DNA of 64,000 bases from a virus. The position numbers and the translations under genes were made by a program. Shown here one piece after another: positions 48,592 to 58,600 of the stretch (the first letter of the stretch is position 1; the number at the start of each line of letters is the position of its first letter). The stretch lies in the IMG/VR virus record IMGVR_UViG_3300050343_000122, positions 49,503 to 113,502 of that record, one strand, 5' to 3'. A model generated the notes under the pieces. The model had not been told where the DNA came from. It searched no databases and was given only the letters and a program-made list of their open reading frames with translations.

Positions 48592-49611
48592 TTAGTAATT
48601 TAGGTTATATTTAGTTTTTAACTCATGTAATTTCATTGCATAAAAACCAGTGCAATGTTTCATACTTTTCTCGTTGTTTAAAACAACGTCTAAGTGAGGG
48701 TCTGCCATAGGATCTGATCCTGAATGGTACTTCCCTTTGTAAAAACACGGATACCCACCTTGCTCAGTGGATACAATACCAGCATTGTGGTATATAGGGT
48801 GTGTCTTTAGTTTAGTTACTGGGTCTGGTCCCCAGGAGAATCCCATTTCTGGAATCACTTTAACTTCTTTTTCTCTTACCCAAAGGTTCCATAACACGGC
48901 CCACATGTCTGCACACCATGATTGAAATCCAGCATTTTCATCTTTAAAGAACTCTCTGTTTACTTGCTGTAGATAAGTTCTAATCAGTATACAATCATTC
49001 ATAACCTTGCTCCAGAAAGATGCATCTATACCTTTAATTAGATATTGTGCACCGCCAGAATGATCTTTGTTTTCTTCAGCTAATTCTCTGCTTATACCAA
49101 CTACGCTTCCTATCTCTGCTAAGATGTCTCTGTTCTTATACTCTTCAACCTTGTCCGGTAGTACTTGGTTCACCTTACTGTCAAAGTAGAAGGAATTGAT
49201 ATAACTGTTTGTATCTGATACATAACATACATCATCTTCAATGAAATCATCTACGTTAAAGTCTTCTGTCCAAAGGATATCAGAGTCACAATAAAAAACA
49301 GTAGCGTCCTTCATCTCTGGGTTTTCTGACCAGTACTTCCACAATAACCAAGGTCGTAAGACAGGTATGTATATACTAATAAGATTATTAAGAGCACCTT
49401 CTTCATCTTTATAAAAGTTGAATTCAGCTTCTGGATATAGATCAACAATCTTTTTCCACTTTTCGTTAAAAGGTCTAACTTTAGGTGTATAGACTAAAAC
49501 AATTGCGTTGTGCACTTGTCCCATTTCTTTTAAACTTTCCAGCCACATGTGAACTTGCCATGTGTAGTACGTATCATCCGGTTGAGCACAGATGTATTTC
49601 ATTTGTTCCAT
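48592..49611 (-). CDS. GT-A glycosyltransferase resembling peptidyl-Ser galactosyltransferase / Hyp arabinosyltransferase (GT96/GT95)
   Basis: YYTWQ, Y...LRP.L...W, CDSDI (DxD), WCADMWA, H.A; same motif order as recalled for plant SGT1/HPAT. Confidence 0.6.
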   Translation of the reverse strand: MEQMKYICAQPDDTYYTWQVHMWLESLKEMGQVHNAIVLVYTPKVRPFNEKWKKIVDLYPEAEFNFYKDEEGALNNLISIYIPVLRPWLLWKYWSENPEMKDATVFYCDSDILWTEDFNVDDFIEDDVCYVSDTNSYINSFYFDSKVNQVLPDKVEEYKNRDILAEIGSVVGISRELAEENKDHSGGAQYLIKGIDASFWSKVMNDCILIRTYLQQVNREFFKDENAGFQSWCADMWAVLWNLWVREKEVKVIPEMGFSWGPDPVTKLKTHPIYHNAGIVSTEQGGYPCFYKGKYHSGSDPMADPHLDVVLNNEKSMKHCTGFYAMKLHELKTKYNLNY

Positions 49612-49637
49612 TATGTAGTTATTGGTTTTAGTTTATG

Positions 49638-49772
49638 TTACGGTGCAGTGGTAGTGGTAGTTGTTGTGTTAACTTTTCCTGTAACATTGATTAGTCTTTC
49701 TAGCTGCTTGGATATTCTCCAAAGCATTTGATCTGTGTAGCCTGAATTGACAGGTCTTGGAGGTATTGCCAT
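49638..49772 (-). CDS. 44-aa peptide with C-terminal hepta-Thr
   Basis: MAIPPRPVNSGYTDQMLWRISKQLERLINVTGKVNTTTTTTTAP; A-rich leader and promoter upstream. Confidence 0.8.
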   Translation of the reverse strand: MAIPPRPVNSGYTDQMLWRISKQLERLINVTGKVNTTTTTTTAP

Positions 49773-49788
49773 GATGTTTCTTTTTTAA

Positions 49789-49821
49789 CAAATTTATTAA
49801 TATTTTACAAATTATTTCAAC
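49789..49821 (-). promoter_or_regulatory. Promoter for the Thr-peptide/GT operon
   Basis: Minus strand GTTG-N21-TAAATTTG. Confidence 0.55.
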
Positions 49822-49850
49822 ATTTTATCAAATTAAAATAATCACTTTAA

Positions 49851-50315
49851 TTAGAATATCTTATATCTCACTACAATACCATAACCGCCTGGGTTATTAG
49901 GCTGTACAAAAATTCTAGCACCGATATCTATTTTAGATAGGCCCACGGTAACTTCCCCAAATAGTATGGGATTGGTGAGTGTAATTTGATCTGTCTGGAC
50001 ACCTAGATAGCCTCCGAAGTTTAGCTTCTTTTTAGCATCAATGATATCCTGCTGTGTTGATATGTACTCTTCCTGGGACATGATTATCTTATCCTTGTTC
50101 TCCAGGCGTTTAAGAAAGTCTATCTCTTTATTCTGCAAGAGTGATATCCTATCTTCTAACTTTTTAGTTATTAGTTTTAGGTTGTCGTACTTAATTAGAT
50201 CCTTTATTATCTGTCTAGCCTGAGTTTCATTCAGTACTACGACTGGGGTATCTGTCTGTGAAAAACTCTTGAAGCTCACTAATAGGCATAGAATCAACCA
50301 CTTTAATTTGTACAT
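49851..50315 (-). CDS. Putative outer-membrane spanin-like protein
   Basis: Signal peptide (SFS|Q), coiled coil, C-terminal amphipathic strands ending YKIF; overlaps the upstream gene. Confidence 0.5.
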   Translation of the reverse strand: MYKLKWLILCLLVSFKSFSQTDTPVVVLNETQARQIIKDLIKYDNLKLITKKLEDRISLLQNKEIDFLKRLENKDKIIMSQEEYISTQQDIIDAKKKLNFGGYLGVQTDQITLTNPILFGEVTVGLSKIDIGARIFVQPNNPGGYGIVVRYKIF

Positions 50316-50559
50316 ATTCCTTTTCTTTGATGGTTTGTATTTCTTTCACTACAACAGCATCAGCTGTGTTCAGAGAATCTATTTTCTTCTGGAGCTTTCT
50401 GTCCTTCTCTTTATAGATTTCAATCTGATTTTCTATCTTCTCTAGTTTTAACTTATAAAGTTCAACTTCTTTTGAAGATTCATAACTTGTCCATAACAGA
50501 ACAAGAATTATAAAAATGCCAAACCATTGGTTTCTTATAAAATTTATCACTTGCATCAT
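50227..50559 (-). CDS. Putative inner-membrane spanin
   Basis: N-terminal TM helix plus coiled coil, directly after the endolysin candidate. Confidence 0.55.
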   Translation of the reverse strand: MMQVINFIRNQWFGIFIILVLLWTSYESSKEVELYKLKLEKIENQIEIYKEKDRKLQKKIDSLNTADAVVVKEIQTIKEKEYVQIKVVDSMPISELQEFFTDRYPSRSTE

Positions 50560-51164
50560 ACGATATCGTTTGATTCTAGTAAGGTGTATGAAAACTTATT
50601 ACCCCATATATCCGCAGCTTTCTTGCAGATACCTAGGAATTCGTTCCAGTCTTCGTTAGAAGCAATCACTTGACACCCTGCAGACCATTTGTCTACACGC
50701 CAAGATCTACCACCTTTTTTAGCTGTAGCCCTGTGTATGTTTATACCGAACATTCCTTCGTGTACATGTTCTTCTGTAAGATCATACACGTGGTCTTTGT
50801 TCTTGTCTCTATACACCTTAACAGGGGCTCTTTGACATAGAGCATCATATTTACCTTGATGCTTGTTAATCTTGTATGCACCTCTGTATTGCCCAGGCTT
50901 GAGCACAGCTACACCTTTTTCATTAAGAAGGTTGGCCATCCAATGTGTACCTGGATCTGTTGTACTTTTATAACAGTGCATCTTCCATTCACCTTCTTCT
51001 TTATAAGAGATGGTGATGCAATCATCAAAAGCATTTGTCACTCTGTTCTTTGTTGCAGAGTTTCTTACGCCTACAATATTCACATCATAATCACCACCAT
51101 CGAAATACTTGTATCCGCAGGTAATCATTGCATCTTCTATTTGTTGTCTGGTGTAACAAGACAT
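50556..51164 (-). CDS. Putative endolysin with YkuD/L,D-peptidase-like motif
   Basis: GINIH-x16-SAGCQV; lies between holin-like and spanin-like genes. Confidence 0.6.
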   Translation of the reverse strand: MSCYTRQQIEDAMITCGYKYFDGGDYDVNIVGVRNSATKNRVTNAFDDCITISYKEEGEWKMHCYKSTTDPGTHWMANLLNEKGVAVLKPGQYRGAYKINKHQGKYDALCQRAPVKVYRDKNKDHVYDLTEEHVHEGMFGINIHRATAKKGGRSWRVDKWSAGCQVIASNEDWNEFLGICKKAADIWGNKFSYTLLESNDIV

Positions 51165-51183
51165 AGGCTACAATATAATGTTT

Positions 51184-51414
51184 TTAATTCTTATTGCCAA
51201 ATGTTTTTTCTATTCCGGATATACCGAAACATCCGAGCGTAACAATTACAAAGGCATCATAAACAAATTCATTTATAACCAGGTCTCTCCCAATCACACC
51301 ACTGACTAAATCAGCAATCATAACAATACACATAATAAGGAACGAGATAAAGCCTACTATAGACTTCTCATTCCATGTATTGTCATCTTTGAATATGTTC
51401 TTCCAGCTGTTCAT
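51184..51414 (-). CDS. Putative holin (2 TM)
   Basis: Two hydrophobic helices, charged tail, upstream of the endolysin. Confidence 0.55.
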   Translation of the reverse strand: MNSWKNIFKDDNTWNEKSIVGFISFLIMCIVMIADLVSGVIGRDLVINEFVYDAFVIVTLGCFGISGIEKTFGNKN

Positions 51415-51522
51415 TTAACACTGTTCTAAATGCGAACCATCACAGTTTCCTTCAGGATCTTGTGTGTGTCCGCATGTGCATGTTCCAACTTTACCTGTTA
51501 ATATATCTTCTATTGTTTTCAT
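51415..51522 (-). CDS. 35-aa CDGSH iron-sulfur peptide
   Basis: MKTIEDILTGKVGTCTCGHTQDPEGNCDGSHLEQC; ATGA overlap upstream, stop abuts the next ATG. Confidence 0.8.
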   Translation of the reverse strand: MKTIEDILTGKVGTCTCGHTQDPEGNCDGSHLEQC

Positions 51523-51713
51523 ATTTTTGATTTTATTGCAGACTTCAATAAGTCCCAATTTTTATGTGCAAAAATTCCGAAGGCTACGCCAGCCCAAATC
51601 TTAAAGCCGAATATCCAAAGACCAATACCGACCAATAGGCCAGCAGCTCCTTCAATACCGTTTCCGATTATCCAATCTTTTATTGTGTTTACTACTTTTT
51701 TTATTTTACTCAT
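51519..51713 (-). CDS. Small Gly-rich membrane protein
   Basis: 64 aa with a hydrophobic hairpin. Confidence 0.65.
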   Translation of the reverse strand: MSKIKKVVNTIKDWIIGNGIEGAAGLLVGIGLWIFGFKIWAGVAFGIFAHKNWDLLKSAIKSKI

Positions 51714-51994
51714 CTTTCTATTGTTAGTTCGTAAATACGTTGTTCTAGCTGCTCCACTTTCTTAAGAATAAGTTCTACATCCCCTTGGGTATCCATTATA
51801 GCTGCTCGAAGCAGTTCATCTTTAAGATCATACTCCACTTGAGTTATGATGGGTTTTGGTTCCTGCATAGCAACTGCTATTTCAGACTTTAAAGATATGT
51901 ACACTGTTGTTAGTGATACTGCAAATGATATAAGGATTCCTATTGTTTTGAAATCTGTTGTGACCTTAGTGGTTTCACTTATGTTTTTACTCAT
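51710..51994 (-). CDS. Single-TM coiled-coil protein (holin/antiholin-like)
   Basis: Start refined to MSKNISE; TM helix then coiled coil. Confidence 0.6.
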   Translation of the reverse strand: MSKNISETTKVTTDFKTIGILISFAVSLTTVYISLKSEIAVAMQEPKPIITQVEYDLKDELLRAAIMDTQGDVELILKKVEQLEQRIYELTIER

Positions 51995-52108
51995 GATTTT
52001 CCTTTTTAGGGATAAGAGGTTAATGATACAATTGGATGTTTGTACCCTTCTTAGAATTATTTGAATTGAAGTTGGTTTATAACGCCTGTAGTATGTGTAG
52101 CGTATAAA

Positions 52109-52139
52109 CAAATATACAAAAGGTATCTCAATCACCAAA
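52109..52139 (-). promoter_or_regulatory. Promoter of the lysis cassette
   Basis: Minus strand TTTG-N19-TATATTTG. Confidence 0.75.
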
Positions 52140-52155
52140 CATTTGATTCAAATAA

Positions 52156-52187
52156 TTTGCTTAATATAGCATAAAACTTTACTTTTG
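52156..52187 (+). promoter_or_regulatory. Promoter of the multidomain glycosyltransferase
   Basis: TTTG-N20-TACTTTTG, 17 nt before the ATG. Confidence 0.75.
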
Positions 52188-52204
52188 AACTAAAATCAAC
52201 AGAT

Positions 52205-55200
52205 ATGCCACATAGTTACGACTTCTTTAAACAACAAGTAAAGGATTGGATCATACAACATGTTCCTAAACATAAAAGAATTCTAGATGTTGGACCTGGT
52301 ATAGGTACATATTCTAAACTAATTAGAGATCATGGATACAGAATCGATGCTGTAGAAATCTTTGCACCATATATAGAAAAGTATGACTTGATCAGTCAGT
52401 ATGATAATGTATTTGTAGGTGATATCTGTAAGTTTGACTTCAAAGATTATGACTTTATTATCTTAGGAGATGTTCTAGAACACTTACATGTAGAAGACGC
52501 TGTTGATCTATACAATAGGATGATAGAACAAGATAAAGAAGTATTAGTTGCGGTACCATGGGAAATGGAACAGGGTGAACATGAAGGTAATATTTATGAA
52601 ACACACCATCAAACAGATCTTACTCCACCGGTATTAAGAAGCAGATATCCAAAATTGAAACTATTATTTAAGAATGAATATTATGGTTACTATTATAAAT
52701 TAAATCGTAAGTGGGAAAAAGCATATGTGCTCTATGCAAATTCTGCATACTACGATACAGTATGTGCAGCTGTTAAATCAATTAAAGCTTTTAGTAACAT
52801 ACCGATAATCGTTTACTTACTAAATGATGAAAGAACTGTACCAGGTGCTATTGTAGAGAATTGGAAGCATGAGGAGTTAAGTGTAGAACAAAGTGAGTAC
52901 ATAGATAGAAACAACAGTGATATATATAAGTTACTTATACAAAGACCATCTATAGTTAAGCACGCACTAAACAAGTACGCAAAGACAATAGCATATATTG
53001 ATTCAGACAGTGTAGTAACTTCATATATAGATAACATATTTAACTACATGCCTGAAGATTCTTCTTATCCCTATTTTACAAAAGGTATATATGACTACCT
53101 GTTTATAAATGGTAGAGGTGGTGTAGAAACTAGAGAGGAGTTACATAAAAGTTTAGAACATCCAGCTTGTGAATTATTTGGTGTAGACCAGTCTGTTCGA
53201 TCGAAATATCATCAAACAGGATTTTTTACAGCAGGACAATCATGTTTTGATTTCCTTGATGAGTGGGAGTGGATGTGTAACCATCCTAAGGTTTTAAGTA
53301 ATCCACAGTACTATGCTCCTTACCATGAAGAAACTATAGCTAACGTTCTTTTGTGGAAGAATGATGTACATGAGGGTTTACCTTATATGTATATAAACTA
53401 CACAGGACATATAGATGTTGATGACTTACCTTTTACTGGTGAGGATAATTATTTATCAGAGTGGGTGAGATTACCTAAGGTTAAAGAAGAACTACTTGTA
53501 CTACATGGAGAGAAGAGACCTGAGTACATGTTAGAGGTTCTAAACTCTAGAAAGAAAAAGATATTATTTTTAGCTCCACACCTGTCTACAGGAGGTATGC
53601 CTGCATTCTTACTTAAGAGAATAGTTGCATTGAAAGAAACCTATGAAATATATGTAGTGGAGTTTCAGAATTATAGTAATGAGTATGTAGTTCAGAAGAA
53701 CAAAATAAAAGAGCTGGCAGATCACTTCTATACATTAGAAGAAGATAAGCACGAACTAATGAGAATCATTAGAGGGAATCGTATTGATTTAGTACACATA
53801 GATGAAATGTCTGAACACATGGGTGATGACACTGTAATAAAGGACTTATATTGTAACTGTAGATCTTGGAGAATAATAGAAACATGTCACAACATATCAT
53901 TTAAACCAGAAGAAAAAGTTTATAATCCTGATGCTTATGCATTTTGCACACCTTATCATATGTCTACATTTAAAGATACTCCAACACCTATTAAAAAGGT
54001 ATTGGAATTTCCTATAGATGAGTTGTCTGCAAATAAACTAAGTGCTATGACACAGCTAGGTTTAGATCCTATCAAGAAGCATGTGGTTAATATAGGGTTA
54101 TGGACACGTGGTAAAAACCAAGGAGAAGGTGTAGAGTTAGCTAGACAGTTACCAGGAGTACATTTTCACTTTGTTGGTAATCAAGCTGTTAACTTTAAAG
54201 ACTATTGGGAACCAATCATGGAAGATATTCCTAACAATGTATTTGTTCACGGTGAAAGAAATGATACACACTTATGGTTAGAAGCAGCTGATGTTTTTAT
54301 GTTCAATTCTACATGGGAGTGCAACCCTCTTGTACTTAGAGAGGCTATTAGTTATGGGCTACCTATACTTGCTAGGAACTTACCGCAGTATGAAGACATG
54401 TTCACTTCGTATATCACTGATTTAGATCCTATTAAAATGAAAGATCAGTTAAAGACTTTATTAAAAGATGCGTGTAATTACATTGTACCTACCGACAATA
54501 CATTACAAGACTTTGCCTCTAATCATGTTGAACTGTATACAGAAACATTAAGTACACCTAAATTTAAAAACTCTTCTCCATCAGATTTTACTATCTATCG
54601 TGACTTTGCTCTAGGACCCTATATAGATATACGAGGAAATAGCAAAAGTGAATTCAAAGTGGAAATATATGATGAGGAGAAACTGGTATATAACAGTGTA
54701 CTGGGAGTAAATAACTGGTGCAAACTTGACAAAAGCTACTATGTTAATTGGAGAACTTCAATATATAAAGATGATCTACTTATATTAGATGACAAGTTAA
54801 ATCTAGAAGGACGAAGAGTTTATATTGCATTTGAAAGTTCTTCTCTCGGAGATACAATTGCATGGATTCCTTATGCTTTAGAGTTTCAAAAGAAACACAA
54901 CTGTAATGTAGTAGTTAGTACATTTAAAAACTTTTTATTTGAAGATGTGTATCCTGAGCTTGAGTTTATAAAACCTGGAGAAAGTCCTGGAGATATCTAT
55001 GCTAGGTATAACATAGGCTGGTTCTATGATTCTAATAAAGAACCTGTTCTTCCTAATACAATACCTCTGCAACAAGCTGCATCTAATATATTAGGATTGG
55101 AGTATGAAGAAATTGTGCCGAGAATAAAAAAAGATTTTGGGAACCCTTGTGGAATGAAAGATAATTATCAAGTTCCAGGAAAGTATGTAACTATAGCTAC

Positions 55201-55654
55201 TAACTCTACAGCTGGTTGTAAATTTTGGACTAGAGAAGGATGGCAGGAAGTTATAGACTTTCTCTACTCTCAAGGATATAAAGTAATTAATACATCTATA
55301 GAAGATAACCCTTTCAATAATTGTGAGAAAATAGTAGACACTAATATAGAGTATACAATTGATTGTATAAGACAGAGTGAGTTCTTTATAGGACTATCTA
55401 GTGGGCTTAGTTGGTTAGCGTGGGCTTTAGGTAAACCTGTTGTAATGATATCAAACTTTACAGAAGCTAATCATGAGTTTTCATGTATACGAGTAACAAA
55501 TACCAATGTCTGCCATGGTTGTTGGAACGATCCACAATACACATTTGATAAAGGTGATTGGAATTGGTGTCCTGTACACAAGGGTACTGATAGACAATTT
55601 GAATGTCACAAATCTATTACTCCAAAAGATGTTATAAATGTATTACCTGTTTAA
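52205..55654 (+). CDS. Four-domain enzyme: SAM methyltransferase + GT-A + GT4-like GT-B + Aah/TibC-like O-heptosyltransferase
   Basis: LDVGPGIG and GDVLEH; YIDSD; HLSTGGMP, KNQ, E.NP.V.REA; SLGDTIAW.PY, FFIGLSSGLSWLAW, CHGCWND, WCP.HK...QFEC. Confidence 0.85.
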   Translation: MPHSYDFFKQQVKDWIIQHVPKHKRILDVGPGIGTYSKLIRDHGYRIDAVEIFAPYIEKYDLISQYDNVFVGDICKFDFKDYDFIILGDVLEHLHVEDAVDLYNRMIEQDKEVLVAVPWEMEQGEHEGNIYETHHQTDLTPPVLRSRYPKLKLLFKNEYYGYYYKLNRKWEKAYVLYANSAYYDTVCAAVKSIKAFSNIPIIVYLLNDERTVPGAIVENWKHEELSVEQSEYIDRNNSDIYKLLIQRPSIVKHALNKYAKTIAYIDSDSVVTSYIDNIFNYMPEDSSYPYFTKGIYDYLFINGRGGVETREELHKSLEHPACELFGVDQSVRSKYHQTGFFTAGQSCFDFLDEWEWMCNHPKVLSNPQYYAPYHEETIANVLLWKNDVHEGLPYMYINYTGHIDVDDLPFTGEDNYLSEWVRLPKVKEELLVLHGEKRPEYMLEVLNSRKKKILFLAPHLSTGGMPAFLLKRIVALKETYEIYVVEFQNYSNEYVVQKNKIKELADHFYTLEEDKHELMRIIRGNRIDLVHIDEMSEHMGDDTVIKDLYCNCRSWRIIETCHNISFKPEEKVYNPDAYAFCTPYHMSTFKDTPTPIKKVLEFPIDELSANKLSAMTQLGLDPIKKHVVNIGLWTRGKNQGEGVELARQLPGVHFHFVGNQAVNFKDYWEPIMEDIPNNVFVHGERNDTHLWLEAADVFMFNSTWECNPLVLREAISYGLPILARNLPQYEDMFTSYITDLDPIKMKDQLKTLLKDACNYIVPTDNTLQDFASNHVELYTETLSTPKFKNSSPSDFTIYRDFALGPYIDIRGNSKSEFKVEIYDEEKLVYNSVLGVNNWCKLDKSYYVNWRTSIYKDDLLILDDKLNLEGRRVYIAFESSSLGDTIAWIPYALEFQKKHNCNVVVSTFKNFLFEDVYPELEFIKPGESPGDIYARYNIGWFYDSNKEPVLPNTIPLQQAASNILGLEYEEIVPRIKKDFGNPCGMKDNYQVPGKYVTIATNSTAGCKFWTREGWQEVIDFLYSQGYKVINTSIEDNPFNNCEKIVDTNIEYTIDCIRQSEFFIGLSSGLSWLAWALGKPVVMISNFTEANHEFSCIRVTNTNVCHGCWNDPQYTFDKGDWNWCPVHKGTDRQFECHKSITPKDVINVLPV

Positions 55655-58600
55655 GTATAAAAACAAGGAATAGCTCTAGATGTCTTTATATCATTAGTAA
55701 ACGTGGCTGTATAAGAACCGTCTTTTGTATACTCAAAGTTTTGCCCAGATCTTCTAAATCTATATGTACCTGTTGATAAATTAGCAGGTGAAGTAAGTGA
55801 AGTGTTACTATATAACTGAGTTACATATTTAGGCATCCACTCTTTAGCATATACTGTTGTAGGCATAGCAGATCCACAACCTGCTCCAACAAGAGAAATT
55901 TTATATTCATAGAATGCTGCAGTAGGTGCTGCATCATCAGTGTCTAGACCAAAGACATCATTAGTTGTCTGTGGAGTAGTACATGATGAATAGGCAAGAA
56001 TAGGCCCATACAATGCACCCATTGTTATTCTATATTCTCCTGGATTATCAAATATAAAATATTGAGTTCCAATTTGGCCAGTTCCTGTAGGGAAATTTGC
56101 TGCATTAAATACACGAAGTAATCCATTACCACTAGTGTTTTCTGATGTCATACCACCGTAAACAGCATTCCATGTAGCTCCTGGTCTACATATGTCTCCA
56201 AAAATATCTACAGCTCTATTCCAATTTTGAGTATTGTTTGCTCTATACATTACAGCACAGTTTTGATCTATGTACTGTTGAGCACCTCCTGTTTGTCCTT
56301 TCTCCATACTAAATGCAACATAGAAAGATCCTTGGGTTAGTCTTCCTACACCTGAATCTTGAAGTAATTCTCTACCAAATGTAAACTGCTGATATTGATT
56401 AGGTGGGTTGTTAACTGTACATTTTAAATCAGATCTAGAACCATTATCAGATGTAGTTAAAGAACTTCCATATATATAAGCATTAGGTATACCATAATTA
56501 TTAGCCCCATCTAGATTTGTTAAAGAGTCTGCAAAGTATATTCTTTGTCCATCTCCATCAAAGTTACCATTACTACTATATGTAAATCTTGTACCTGGAC
56601 TTGGATTTAAAACTGTCGTACTAGTGGTTGTAGTTGTAGGATCAGGACACTCAGTAATTCTTATCTTCATATCACCATTATCGTGATATAATCCATATAA
56701 TGGTATCCCAGCTTGAGCAGCTGCACAGTCATTAGCATAGTTATGATGTTCACCAACTTCAGGTAATATAACACAACTCTCTACATTTGATACTGCACCC
56801 ACATTTGGAATTCCTCCTATGGTTCCTCTCTTTGTAACAATGATAGCATTTCTTCGAGCATTAGCAAAGTTACCATAACCTGCACCTAACATAAATGTAG
56901 CAGGCATATAGTTAGAAGTATAGTTTACATTATCTCTATCATTATATGAGCCTACTAAAACTATATCAGATGATGTAGTAGTAGTATCGGAAGCTCCTTG
57001 TGTACTGTTCGGATTTACTTTTAGGTTTCTTCCTATTCCGACTGATTCCGATTTAAAAATATCTATAAGTCTTCCTAGTCCTCCGGAATTGGAAACCGCT
57101 GAAGAAGTGGTGGCTCCTATAACAACATCTCTACCAATTGCAAAATTATTATTACTACTAGAATTTGAAATCTCATTACTTGTTCCTGAAGTTATATGAT
57201 TAGTTCCTTGTATGCTATTACTGGTACCTACTACTAGAGATCTAGTGGTTGTAGAATTCACAGTATTGGTTCTTCCTGATATAATAGTCTCGCTAGCACC
57301 TCCAGTATTTCCATATCCACTAATTATATTATGTGAACCACCAACTGCGTTGTTGTAACCTCCAATAATATTACCAGCGTTGTTGAGTGATGCAGTTGTG
57401 GTTGTTTTATTTAGTTCTCCTACTACTAAACTATTATTTACATTTAGTCCTCCCCAACCACCAGCAGAAGTTCTACCATTTCTTCTTCCTCCAATGATAT
57501 TATTAATTCCATTTATAAAGTAGAAGTTAGTTCCCACCCCTGGAACGATCTCATCTAAAGCATGTAAATCTCCTACCACTAAACTATGTTCCATGTTTAT
57601 GTTGGACTCGTTTGATGATATTATATTATAATCTGAATATATAGTTACTCCAGAATTTTCTGTATCACCTACGAAGTTCTTGAACCCATTGATGATTCCA
57701 CCTTCCATACCAGTTCCAAGACCCACAAAGTTTTGTCTACCTCCGACTGTAACATAGCTTACATCTCCATTAATACCGTTGTCTCTACCACCTATAAGGT
57801 TAGCAAATCCCATTGCAGTAGTATTAGAGGCACCAAAGTCATTACCGTATCCATAAATAAGAGTACCGTAACTATTAGAATTACTACCACTCTTTTTAAT
57901 AGTGTTATTAAATCCTCCAATACTAACAGTGTTAACATTTGATATGACGTTACCAGCACCCCACATTATATTGTTATTACCGTCTAATTTGTTATTACTA
58001 CCACTAACAAGAGCATTAGCTGCATCTCCATCTGTTGTATGAGCAATTCCTCCAATCATAGATCTTACGATCTTATGAGTTATAATGTTGTTTTGTCCTG
58101 ATAGAACAGTATTTATAATTGTACCAGTGTTAGGACTTGTTTTATTAACAGTGTTGGTTGTACCCACTACAAGTGAGGCTGTGTTTACAAAGTTAGTTTG
58201 TGTACCATTTACCTCATTACCTTGTCCTACAACAAGCATTTTATCTCCTGTAAGATTGTTGTTAAATCCAACAATACCTAAGTTACTTGATGTTGCATCT
58301 CCTACTACATTTTCACTACCACAGATCAATGCTGATCCGTCATACGTTGTAGCATATATATTAGATACATATGTAGTTGAATCTTCGTAAGGAGACACTT
58401 CAAGTCTTGGTGTAATTCGCGTTACGTAATGTGTACCGTTACCTGGTTGTGTGATTCTTATACCCTCTGTTATATATGTAAAGTTAGTAGTAGTATAAGT
58501 TGCACCTATCTTTATTATATCATTATCTAAAACTTCTAATGCAAAATTAGTGTTAGTTAAAGCAGATGCTTGATCAGGGTACAAATAACTTTCACCGACT

